IMG/VR virus record: IMGVR_UViG_3300010263_000008
Coordinates: 1 to 25,146 of that record
DNA length: 25,146 nt
Direction: 5' to 3' (one strand)
Origin: a virus
Taxonomy: Duplodnaviria; Caudoviricetes
In this document: positions 15,579 through 23,741 of the stretch, piece after piece
Layout of the letters: the number at the start of each line of letters is the position of its first letter
Numbering within the stretch: the stretch's first letter is position 1
The notes under the pieces: generated by a model
What the model was told of the DNA's origin: nothing
The model's database searches: none
Seen by the model: only the letters and a program-made list of their open reading frames with translations
Position numbers and translations under genes: made by a program

Positions 15579-18143
15579 TTGATAAAGTTCTTAATTGGGG
15601 GTAGCCCCTGTTTTTCGGGAGATACTTTAATTTATACATCAGAAGGGTATAAGCAGATTAAAGATATTGCTGTAGGAGACTATGTACTTACACACAAAAA
15701 CAGATTCAGAAGGGTTACGGCTACAGGAAACAGAGTATCAAATGTGGTTGAGCTAAGGGCACAAGGTATTTTACCTACAACAGTAACTCTTAATCACCCT
15801 TATTATACTTTAACGAAAGGGCACTGTCGCAAAAAAAGTACGGGTGGGGTTGTAAGATGTTTTAATAACCCGCCACAGTGGAAGTCTGTAGAGTCATTAA
15901 CCACCGATGATTTTTTAGGCATTAACATATTGCAAATAGAAGAAAATCCATTAAATCTTTCAAAAGAATTGTGCTGGATTCTTGGAAGGTATGTAGCTGA
16001 TGGCCATTATAGAAAAACTAAAAGGAAACATAGAAAGAATAGTTACCAATACCAAGTTATATTCAGCATTGGTAAAGATAAACTTGATTATTTTAAAGAA
16101 AAGGTAAAATCATATCATTTTTCGTGCTATCCCCATACTAAGTCAACGTATAGGTGTGTAATATCACAACAATGGCTTGTTGACTTTATAGAGAAATATA
16201 ATTTTGGTAAGTCTGCGGATACCAAGCGTATACCGCATATTATAATGAATTTGCCTAAAGAATTATTAGGGGAATTTTTGGATGGTTATTTTGCAGGGGA
16301 TGGCTTTGAGACCGAAGTAGAATATACTTGTTCAACAGTAAGCAGGGAACTAGCATTGGGTCTGTGTATGGCTATTTCGAAAGTGAAAGGTATGAATGCT
16401 ACAGTATATATGCCTAAGCTCAGGACACCTGCTGTCATTGGAGGTAGATTAGTAAATACAAAACAGCAGTATGTTGTAGGGTGTAAGAAAAGATTATGTG
16501 AACATACTCAAGTCTATATTACTGATGATATAATCTGGCAACCATTTAAGTCTATCACCCTATTAGATGAACCAATTACAGTTTACAACATTAGTGTTGA
16601 AGAGGATGAAAGCTATACTGCCAATAATGCTATAGTACATAACTGTACTAAATGGAGCATCGCTCAAACTAAAGATAGAGAAGTTGTTTCGTCAGGTGAA
16701 GGGTGGGAGCTATTCAAAAACTATCTGATTGCCAAGGAAAAATTCAAACCTGACTTTTTCTTATATGAAAACGTAAAATCAATGTCTAGTGCTATAAAAG
16801 CAGAGATAACTAAAGAATTAGGTGTTGAGCCATATCTTATTAATTCTGCTTTAGTCTCGGCACAGAACAGAGAGCGGTATTATTGGACTAACATTGAAAA
16901 TGTGCCCATGCCCGAAGATAGAGGGATTCTATTAAAGGATATCCTCGAAACAGGAGAGGCGTTACGAAAAGAAAAATCATACTGCTTAGATAGCAATTAT
17001 CATAAAGGTGGAAGCTTAACAGACATAAATAATCAGTCTGGAAGAAGATTGCAGGTGGCTGAGCCTGTTCCTTTTGGTGAAAATGTGTCTGGCAAAGCAT
17101 ATTGTCTTGATGCCAGTTACTATAAAGGTCAACCTCTTGAGAAGGTCTTAATAAAGAAGCGTAGGACAATGGCTGCCGAACCTGTTTGTGTAGCACAAAG
17201 GGGTAGATATACCGATTCAGGAAACAGATACACTAAAACTGAAGCTCCTATAGAACAGTTTTATGAAGCACGAACTGATGGCAAGACCAATACACTGACA
17301 ACAGTACAGAAGGATAATGCAGTATGTGAGCCTGTTTGCTTAAGGTATGAACGGAATGAAATAGCAAAAAAACTTCGGAAACAGTATGAGGCAGGGGAAA
17401 TAAAACACGGCTTCAATGAGCATAGGGAGTTACAGCCCCGCCCTGACGGGAAAACCAACACCATTTCTACCGTTACGAAGGACAACCCTATATGTGAACC
17501 AGTTCGTATCGGTTGTTACCCAAGTCCAGACGGAACAATCAAAAATGCACAGGGGATGAGGCTATATAGCATTGATGGCAAAAGTGTTAACCTGACCGCT
17601 TTTGGCGGGGGTATGGGGGCAAAGACAGGATTGTATGCTATCCCTGTTGAGTTTGCAGGAGATGTGCCTGTTAAAGCGGTAAGTTGTGCCGATGGGAAAA
17701 CCTACCCTGTCTATGAAGTAAGAAATGGTCTTATCACAATTAAAGGGAAAACATATCCGATTAAACTTGCTGACGGTTACTATATCATTCGCAAGTTAAC
17801 GGTTACAGAGTGTTGCCGGTTACAGACTCTTCCTGACGATTACTGTAGGGCTGTTTCAGCTTCGCAAGCATATAAAGGATTAGGTAACGGGTGGACTGCT
17901 GAGGTAATCATACATATCCTCAAACATGCCAACGTGCCTTTGGGTGAAGAAATAGTCGTACTGTCTATGTATGACGGTATAGGTACAGGTAGATATTGTT
18001 TCGACAAGATGGGTTATAAGAATGTCAAGTATTATGCCTACGAGATAGACAAGTATGCAATTACAGTTGCAATGAGCAATTATCCTGACATTATTCAGTG
18101 CGGTGACGCATTCCAAGTGAGAGAGGAGGATTGGGCTTTATGA
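15579..18143 (+). CDS. Circularly permuted, intein-containing C5-cytosine DNA methyltransferase with repeated TRD-like modules
   Basis: IV GGSP|C at the N-terminus, VI FLYENV, VIII AQNRERYYW, IX RKLTVTECCRLQ, X LGNGW, then I VLSMYDGIG, II YEIDKYA, III GD at the C-terminus. TTG start inferred from the RBS. Confidence 0.88.
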   Translation: MIKFLIGGSPCFSGDTLIYTSEGYKQIKDIAVGDYVLTHKNRFRRVTATGNRVSNVVELRAQGILPTTVTLNHPYYTLTKGHCRKKSTGGVVRCFNNPPQWKSVESLTTDDFLGINILQIEENPLNLSKELCWILGRYVADGHYRKTKRKHRKNSYQYQVIFSIGKDKLDYFKEKVKSYHFSCYPHTKSTYRCVISQQWLVDFIEKYNFGKSADTKRIPHIIMNLPKELLGEFLDGYFAGDGFETEVEYTCSTVSRELALGLCMAISKVKGMNATVYMPKLRTPAVIGGRLVNTKQQYVVGCKKRLCEHTQVYITDDIIWQPFKSITLLDEPITVYNISVEEDESYTANNAIVHNCTKWSIAQTKDREVVSSGEGWELFKNYLIAKEKFKPDFFLYENVKSMSSAIKAEITKELGVEPYLINSALVSAQNRERYYWTNIENVPMPEDRGILLKDILETGEALRKEKSYCLDSNYHKGGSLTDINNQSGRRLQVAEPVPFGENVSGKAYCLDASYYKGQPLEKVLIKKRRTMAAEPVCVAQRGRYTDSGNRYTKTEAPIEQFYEARTDGKTNTLTTVQKDNAVCEPVCLRYERNEIAKKLRKQYEAGEIKHGFNEHRELQPRPDGKTNTISTVTKDNPICEPVRIGCYPSPDGTIKNAQGMRLYSIDGKSVNLTAFGGGMGAKTGLYAIPVEFAGDVPVKAVSCADGKTYPVYEVRNGLITIKGKTYPIKLADGYYIIRKLTVTECCRLQTLPDDYCRAVSASQAYKGLGNGWTAEVIIHILKHANVPLGEEIVVLSMYDGIGTGRYCFDKMGYKNVKYYAYEIDKYAITVAMSNYPDIIQCGDAFQVREEDWAL
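15609..16643 (+). mobile_element. Intein (345 aa) with LAGLIDADG homing endonuclease
   Basis: Starts CFSGDTLIYT; block B TVTLNHPY; ILGRYVADG and FLDGYFAGDG helices; VYNISVEEDESYTANNAIVHN|C splice junction. Confidence 0.95.
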
Positions 18144-18388
18144 AAAGACTTCAAGACCTTAATTACAAGACGTATGAGATAGAGAATGCTCTGAAAGTAG
18201 CAATGAGGATGAAAACACTGAGACAAATCAAAATGCCTCTGAAGACTCTAAGTGTCACTGATTTGACGGAATATAACAAGTTCACGGAACAATGTCAACT
18301 TGAAATGAATGCTCATGACTTGATTATTGACGTTCTTCAGACTATGTTGGCGGAAAAGCACGAGGAACAGCAAAAATGGCTAACTTAA
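18140..18388 (+). CDS. Hypothetical protein
   Basis: ATGA overlap with the MTase stop; GAGGAGG RBS. Confidence 0.65.
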   Translation: MKRLQDLNYKTYEIENALKVAMRMKTLRQIKMPLKTLSVTDLTEYNKFTEQCQLEMNAHDLIIDVLQTMLAEKHEEQQKWLT

Positions 18389-18422
18389 CTGTTTACGGGT
18401 GTTACGCGCATAGATACATAGA
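18385..18422 (+). promoter_or_regulatory. Putative phage-sigma promoter, copy 6
   Basis: TTAAC(18385)-N17-CGCATA(18407)-GATACATAGA upstream of the recombination operon. Confidence 0.7.
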
Positions 18423-18441
18423 GAGGTAGTTGATAAATTGT

Positions 18442-18804
18442 ATGCCAATAAACAGTAAGGATAAAGGCAAACGTGGTGAACGATTATTCCGTGATTTATG
18501 CAAAGAGCACGGGTTTGACGAAGCAAGAAGAGGCCAGCAATATTCAGGAGCTAATGGAGATGCTGACGTAGTGGGTTTGCCCAATATACATGCAGAAGTA
18601 AAGTTCGTTGAGAAGCTAAATCTTCGGAGTGCTATGGATCAGAGTATCAACGACAAAAGAGAAGGGGAACTCCCCATAGTCGCCCATAAGACGAGCCGGA
18701 AACCGTGGCTTATTACAATGCTTGCTGATGATTGGTTTTCTTTGTATAAAGCTTGGATACAGGTACTTGGAGGGGGTGTCAATAGTGACAAGAGAAGAGA
18801 TTGA
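18442..18804 (+). CDS. Hjc-like Holliday junction resolvase/PD-(D/E)xK nuclease
   Basis: NSKDKGKRGER...RRGQQYSG...ADVVGLPNIHAEVK...PIVAHK...WL; start at 18430 (TTG) or 18442. Confidence 0.78.
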   Translation: MPINSKDKGKRGERLFRDLCKEHGFDEARRGQQYSGANGDADVVGLPNIHAEVKFVEKLNLRSAMDQSINDKREGELPIVAHKTSRKPWLITMLADDWFSLYKAWIQVLGGGVNSDKRRD

Positions 18805-19324
18805 ATCGGGCATAGAGAAAATGATACAGGCTTCAAAGGTATCGGCTAAATTGCAGATGGCGGGGTTACCTGTGCCAAAGAAACCATCACAGCTTAAGAC
18901 TAATGTCACCTTATTTGACGAATGGGAACAGCTTAAAAAGACACATGGAGGAATAAATAACATACCTTTTGACGAGCTTGGAAATTTTCTCGACAAGTGG
19001 ACTGCGGTTATCAGCTATGCAAGGTGGATTGAAGCCATATCTGATATAAAGCAGTTAACCAGTAGAGAAATCCGAGATAACATTGAAAAGCAATTATATA
19101 CGCTACAGGAAGGTAGCAGGGAACTTAGGGCAGCATTCGTTCATACAGAAGAGTTGTACATCCAGTGGGAAAATCAGTATCTGGAGGATATTGCTTACTA
19201 CCTGAGCGTTAAAGGATTGAGAGAATCCTACGAGTACAGAGCAAATGCAATAAGCAGAGAAATAACAAGACGTACTTCTGAAGCTGATAACAGTAAAAGA
19301 AGTTATAATCGTGGCGGGGTGTAA
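18785..19324 (+). CDS. Helical hypothetical protein, possible recombination mediator
   Basis: GTG start after GGAGGGGG; helical/coiled-coil character; lies directly upstream of recA. Confidence 0.6.
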   Translation: MTREEIESGIEKMIQASKVSAKLQMAGLPVPKKPSQLKTNVTLFDEWEQLKKTHGGINNIPFDELGNFLDKWTAVISYARWIEAISDIKQLTSREIRDNIEKQLYTLQEGSRELRAAFVHTEELYIQWENQYLEDIAYYLSVKGLRESYEYRANAISREITRRTSEADNSKRSYNRGGV

Positions 19325-19325
19325 A

Positions 19326-20420
19326 ATGGCTAAAACAGATGATATTAAATTAGTTCTTGCTGATTTAAAGAAACATTTTGGAGATGATTCAGTCTGCATA
19401 CTGGGCGAAAACGATAAGCTATCACAAATAGAAACACGTTCATCAGGATCAATTGCCCTTGATATAGCTTTAGGTGGCGGTTGGGGTAAAGGGAGAGTCG
19501 CTACCCTATCAGGTGCTGAGCGAAGCGGTAAGACCACTATACTTTGCCTCACAATAGCAGAGGCACAGCATAAAGAGCCTGATAAGCTATGTGCTGTTAT
19601 TGACCTTGAAAATACCTTTAACCCCATATGGGCTACTAAATTGGGGGTAGACTTGGACAAACTCGTTTTCAGTCAGCCCGATAAGCCTGCTGATGAAGTC
19701 TATGAGATGATAGAAAGAATGATTGCTACAAACAAATTCAGCGTCATTGGACTTGACAGTGTGGCAGGATTAGTACCGAGAGAAGAGTTTGAAAGTGACG
19801 AATGGGATAAGGAAAGCAGAGTTGGCGGAGCTTCCAAGATAAACTCCAAGGCGGTACGCAAAATTGTAAATACAGGTTTGTTAGCCAAGTCTGGAACTTC
19901 TCTAATACTTATTAACCAATTAAGAGATTTGATAGGTGGATACTCCAGATATGGTACTCCCACAACAACGGTAGGCGGGCGGTCTTTAAAGCACTGCTAT
20001 ACCCATCATGTTGAGATTTCTGTTGGAGAGTATTTCGCTGAAGGTTCAGGTGATAAAAAGACTATCATTGGTCAGCAGATAGTGGCTAAGGTCATCAAGA
20101 ATAAAATAGGCCCACCGTTCAGGCGTGCTGTAATGGATCTATACTATGATGAAGGATTTGACCATGTAGCTGAACTCGTTACAGTAGCCCGTATGATAGG
20201 GGTTCTGAGTGGAGCAGGAGCTTGGTTCACGGCAGTAGACCCCCGTACACAAGAAAAGTTGCTCTACAATGGAGAAGAACTCAAGTTTAACGGAAAGGAA
20301 AAAGCAAGAGAAGCAATAAACAAAGACATTATCGAAACAGGCGGGGAAATGTACACCTTGCTGTTGGACAAAGTATTGGAAGTGTTGAAGACAGGTGATG
20401 TGAAATGTTCGAGCTTTTAA
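19326..20420 (+). CDS. recA: Phage RecA recombinase
   Basis: SSGSIALDIALGGG, GAERSGKTT, IDLEN, LDSVAGL, INQLR, GGRSLKH, KNKIGPPFR. Confidence 0.95.
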   Translation: MAKTDDIKLVLADLKKHFGDDSVCILGENDKLSQIETRSSGSIALDIALGGGWGKGRVATLSGAERSGKTTILCLTIAEAQHKEPDKLCAVIDLENTFNPIWATKLGVDLDKLVFSQPDKPADEVYEMIERMIATNKFSVIGLDSVAGLVPREEFESDEWDKESRVGGASKINSKAVRKIVNTGLLAKSGTSLILINQLRDLIGGYSRYGTPTTTVGGRSLKHCYTHHVEISVGEYFAEGSGDKKTIIGQQIVAKVIKNKIGPPFRRAVMDLYYDEGFDHVAELVTVARMIGVLSGAGAWFTAVDPRTQEKLLYNGEELKFNGKEKAREAINKDIIETGGEMYTLLLDKVLEVLKTGDVKCSSF

Positions 20421-20581
20421 TAATTATCGTACTGATTGTAGTTACAAGGGTTGCCCTTGATATATCAGACAGCATGTTTTACAGACGCAAGTTTATTGAG
20501 CTAATAAACAGGGATAGGGATAAGGCACTTAATTTGGTTTCAACCGCTTTAGCGAAAGAACTTGCAAAAAGATACGAGTGA
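20405..20581 (+). CDS. Small membrane-anchored protein (58 aa, not in the ORF track)
   Basis: MFELLIIIVLIVVTRVALD... hydrophobic N-terminus; AGGTGA RBS; fills the gap between recA and the next gene. Confidence 0.65.
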   Translation: MFELLIIIVLIVVTRVALDISDSMFYRRKFIELINRDRDKALNLVSTALAKELAKRYE

Positions 20582-20590
20582 GGTTTCGAG

Positions 20591-20938
20591 ATGGATGTAC
20601 GTAGGATCTCAAAGAAACAAGAGAAGAGAATAGCGGAGAGGCTAACCAAAAATGTTGAGAACGCCCATGTACAAAAGGCTTCTGGGGCTTTGTACCATAA
20701 AAAGTCAGATGTAATTTCTAAGGCATTCCGTATAGAAGCAAAGACAAAAGCCACTCCATCGAAGCAGATTACTCTAAAGGCAGACTACTTCAAGAAACTA
20801 CATATGGAGGCACTGGAAACAGGTAAGATTCCTGTATTAGTTTTCTCTTTTGGTGACGGCAAAGACTTCTATGTACTCGAAGAACACGACTTTATGATGA
20901 TGGCGGGGCGTTTATATGGCGAAGATAAAGAAACGTGA
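20591..20938 (+). CDS. Second Hjc-like PD-(D/E)xK nuclease
   Basis: SKKQEKRIA...ASGA...KSDV...FRIEAKT...IPVLVFSF. Confidence 0.75.
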   Translation: MDVRRISKKQEKRIAERLTKNVENAHVQKASGALYHKKSDVISKAFRIEAKTKATPSKQITLKADYFKKLHMEALETGKIPVLVFSFGDGKDFYVLEEHDFMMMAGRLYGEDKET

Positions 20939-21221
20939 ACCAGGTGTGATTTATAGTGCCTATGAGATTATGCGATTCAGGATGCGTTATGTAGACAGTA
21001 TCTTTAACCGAATATCCGTAGGTGATAGATTGCTCCTTTACTCAGAATATTACAAGAACGAAAGAATGAAGGTTATACAAAAGACAAAATACTTGATTGT
21101 CATGCAGGGGATCGACCGCCCGCATGAACGTACCGCAGTCAGTAAAATGGATTACTTCTGCGGGGCATGTAAATTCACTACTATAAATGACGTTCTTGTA
21201 CCGTTAATGGAGGAAGAATAA
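20916..21221 (+). CDS. Hypothetical protein
   Basis: Tightly packed ORF in the operon. Confidence 0.65.
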   Translation: MAKIKKREPGVIYSAYEIMRFRMRYVDSIFNRISVGDRLLLYSEYYKNERMKVIQKTKYLIVMQGIDRPHERTAVSKMDYFCGACKFTTINDVLVPLMEEE

Positions 21222-21550
21222 TGCTTTTAATTAAAGAGAAATCAGATAGGTTAACAGAAGAAATGCTACAGAATCTCGTGGGGAACTACATATATGTACC
21301 CCATAACCCTTTTAAAGGGCAAGATGAAAACATCAATCTGTGGTTTGGCGGCCAGTTAATAGGTTATGAGGTATGTAAGCTCTTTTACGATTTCCAGAAC
21401 CAAGAGATTGTTGAGGAAGCGGATGTCACCTACTCTGCCATCTTATCTGACGGGGCGGGGTTTGCTTTCTCAAACGAATGTGAAATTCATTTAGTTACAG
21501 AGGAGGAATTTACCGAGTTGATTTTAACAAAAGACGTAAATTCCCCCTAA
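21221..21550 (+). CDS. Hypothetical acidic protein
   Basis: TAATG coupling; GGAGG RBS. Confidence 0.7.
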   Translation: MLLIKEKSDRLTEEMLQNLVGNYIYVPHNPFKGQDENINLWFGGQLIGYEVCKLFYDFQNQEIVEEADVTYSAILSDGAGFAFSNECEIHLVTEEEFTELILTKDVNSP

Positions 21551-21556
21551 TAGGGG

Positions 21557-21877
21557 ATGGTGATCTTGGGTGTAAAAGTAACACGACATGCAGAGCAACG
21601 AGAGAGAAAACGGTGTGGAGTTCCAAAGAAAGCCACCGAAAGATTAGCCCAAATTGCTTTTGAGAATGGGCTTAAACACTCAGAAACAACGGGCAATTTA
21701 CATAAATACCTGACATCATTGTACTTCAAAAATAAAAAGGCAAACAACTTAAGGGTTTACGGAGATAAGGTATACGTTTTCAGTGATGAAGTTTTAGTGA
21801 CAGTTTTAAATCTACCAAGAGGATGCATGGAGATAGCAAAGAAATGCTTTGAGCGTAAGCGAAGGGAAAGTGGTTAA
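21557..21877 (+). CDS. Hypothetical basic protein (T-x-HA-x-x-R motif)
   Basis: VTRHAEQRERKRCG...VYVFSDEVLVTV; in-operon spacing. Confidence 0.65.
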   Translation: MVILGVKVTRHAEQRERKRCGVPKKATERLAQIAFENGLKHSETTGNLHKYLTSLYFKNKKANNLRVYGDKVYVFSDEVLVTVLNLPRGCMEIAKKCFERKRRESG

Positions 21878-22627
21878 GTGACAGACCCAAAATACTCATT
21901 ATACAACATGGATAATATTAACCGTGCTAAGGAAGACCCTGACTACTTGGGAGAATTAATCACACACAATATCAACCTTATACGCCACTCTATCAATAAA
22001 TATGTGAACACTTCTCCCAACTTCCTATATGCTTGTGGAGCGACATATGACGATTTACTTCAAATAGGCTCTATAGGCTTTATTAAAGCAATCAGGGCAT
22101 TTGATACTGAACGGGGTATAAAGTTCTCCTCATTTGCCTCAATAGCCATAGCAAGAGAAGTCAAGCACTTCCTCAGAAGCAACTACAGTGTTATGAAGAT
22201 ATCGAGGGGAGCACAACGCCTTATGGTGGAGATAAAGGATATTGAAGCTGAATTAGGAGAAATGCCCTCACCTGCGGAGCTTGCGGTAATGCTGAATGTG
22301 TCTGAAAAAAGGATAATGCAGATTCAACAAGTGAGTAGTTTTATGAAAAGTTTGGAGGAGCCGGATAATAACGATATGTGTTGTGCAGATACAATTGAAA
22401 GCGGAGATAATGTAGACCTCAGCGTGGAGGATAAACTGTATATTGAAAAACTTATTGATATCGTCAAGGACAAGCTCTCTGAAACAGAGCTTAATATCTT
22501 GAAATTACAACTATCGGGGAATAACCAGTCAGATACTGCGAAGGATATTGGGATATCCAATATGAAAGTCAGTCGTACTATTCAAAAAATCCGTGAAATT
22601 TTAAAACAAACAGGATTCTTTGGGTAA
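21878..22627 (+). CDS. SigF/SigG/SigB-like sigma-70 factor
   Basis: NINLIRHSI, DDLLQIGSIGFIKAIRAFDTERGIKFSSFA, region 3 PSPAELAVMLNVS, region 4 QSDTAKDIGISNMKVSR. Confidence 0.9.
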   Translation: MTDPKYSLYNMDNINRAKEDPDYLGELITHNINLIRHSINKYVNTSPNFLYACGATYDDLLQIGSIGFIKAIRAFDTERGIKFSSFASIAIAREVKHFLRSNYSVMKISRGAQRLMVEIKDIEAELGEMPSPAELAVMLNVSEKRIMQIQQVSSFMKSLEEPDNNDMCCADTIESGDNVDLSVEDKLYIEKLIDIVKDKLSETELNILKLQLSGNNQSDTAKDIGISNMKVSRTIQKIREILKQTGFFG

Positions 22628-22701
22628 ACAACTTTGATGGTGGTTTACAAAAATAAGCATAAAAAATTATACAACATTTCAAACAACTTTCATGGTGGTT
22701 T
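22626..22701. repeat. Two 21-bp quasi-palindromic direct repeats (candidate operators)
   Basis: AAACAACTTT(G/C)ATGGTGGTTT at 22626-22646 and 22681-22701. Confidence 0.8.
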
Positions 22702-22736
22702 GTATTTAAGATTTGAGGAAAGTGAGGTCGAACACG

Positions 22737-22994
22737 ATGCCTAAAACGATATTGGAATTGCCGAAGATGCCGGAGAGTTGTAGAAAATGTAAATTGAGCA
22801 AATGGGAGACATGGGAATATGACATAGATACATGGACAAATGTATTAGTTTGCACTGCATTAGGTGAGGAATGCTCAGACGAAGGCAGACGGCCAGACTG
22901 CCCGCTGAAACTGGTGGAGGGGAAGGATGAGCAAACCAATGTCAAATTCTTTGAGAGTAACGTTAAGAAAAATTTTAATAAGGAGGACTCATAA
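22737..22994 (+). CDS. Small Cys-rich phage protein
   Basis: MPESCRKC...C...RRPDCPL; GAGG RBS. Confidence 0.7.
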   Translation: MPKTILELPKMPESCRKCKLSKWETWEYDIDTWTNVLVCTALGEECSDEGRRPDCPLKLVEGKDEQTNVKFFESNVKKNFNKEDS

Positions 22995-23411
22995 ATGAGT
23001 GTAAAAGACATTATTGAATTACTCGTCGTCCCGCTACTTGGAGTTCTGACTACATTTTTGGTATCATTCCTGAGAGTCAAGAGTGATGAACTGAAGGCCA
23101 AGATCAACAACAACATGATTGCTAAATACATAACTCTTGGGGAGCAGATTATTGAATCAGCCGTGGTAGCAATAAACCAAACATTTGTTGAGGAACTGAA
23201 GAAGAATGAAAAGTTTACAAAAGAAAAGCAAAAAGAAGCATTTGAGAAGTGCAAATCAATCGTGCTCAGTCTTCTTACTGACAATGTTAGAACCATGTTG
23301 GAGTATATCTACGGCGACTTGGATAGCTGGATAGAAACAAAGATTGAGTTGTACGTCAATAACCAAAAGAACAACAGGCTCTCAACTACCAATATCAACA
23401 GAGTTACATAA
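22995..23411 (+). CDS. Holin-like protein (LL-H type)
   Basis: One N-terminal TM segment, then AVVAINQTFVEELKK...FTKEKQKEAF...WIETKIE; AAGGAGG RBS. Confidence 0.6.
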   Translation: MSVKDIIELLVVPLLGVLTTFLVSFLRVKSDELKAKINNNMIAKYITLGEQIIESAVVAINQTFVEELKKNEKFTKEKQKEAFEKCKSIVLSLLTDNVRTMLEYIYGDLDSWIETKIELYVNNQKNNRLSTTNINRVT

Positions 23412-23442
23412 GCTACGCCCAAAAATATTGCTTCATGCCCCC

Positions 23443-23496
23443 TTAACTAACTCCCTGTCTCGTAAGTATAAATGCTTAGACAGGGAGTTGTTTTTG
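23443..23496 (+). promoter_or_regulatory. Putative phage-sigma promoter, copy 7, overlapping a terminator hairpin upstream of xis-int
   Basis: TTAAC(23443)-N17-AGTATA(23465)-AATGCTTAGA; AACTCCCTGTCT(23449-60) pairs with AGACAGGGAGTT(23478-89), followed by GTTTTTG. Confidence 0.65.
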
Positions 23497-23533
23497 TCTA
23501 AAAAAGTTGATATACTGGAGGAGATGTTAGATT

Positions 23534-23740
23534 ATGCGAAATACTTACAGTTGTGCTGAACAGTTACCCTTGTCACTGACTGTAGAGGATGTAGCCAAGA
23601 TATTGGGTATAGGCAGACGACAGGCGTATCAATTATGTAACAGCAAAGGTTTCCCATGCATCCGTGTTGGACGCAGAATGATTATACCTAAACTTGGTTT
23701 CCTCAAATGGTTGGAGTCCTCCTATGAAATGGAGGGTTAA
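23534..23740 (+). CDS. xis: Excisionase (HTH_17 type)
   Basis: LTVEDVAKILGIGRRQAYQL...FPCIRVGRRMIIPK...WL; adjacent to int. Confidence 0.88.
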   Translation: MRNTYSCAEQLPLSLTVEDVAKILGIGRRQAYQLCNSKGFPCIRVGRRMIIPKLGFLKWLESSYEMEG

Positions 23741-23741
23741 T

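Noticed and set aside
14092-18143. Restriction-modification system
   Set aside because: No recognisable cognate restriction endonuclease; orphan MTases in a phage context fit anti-restriction better.
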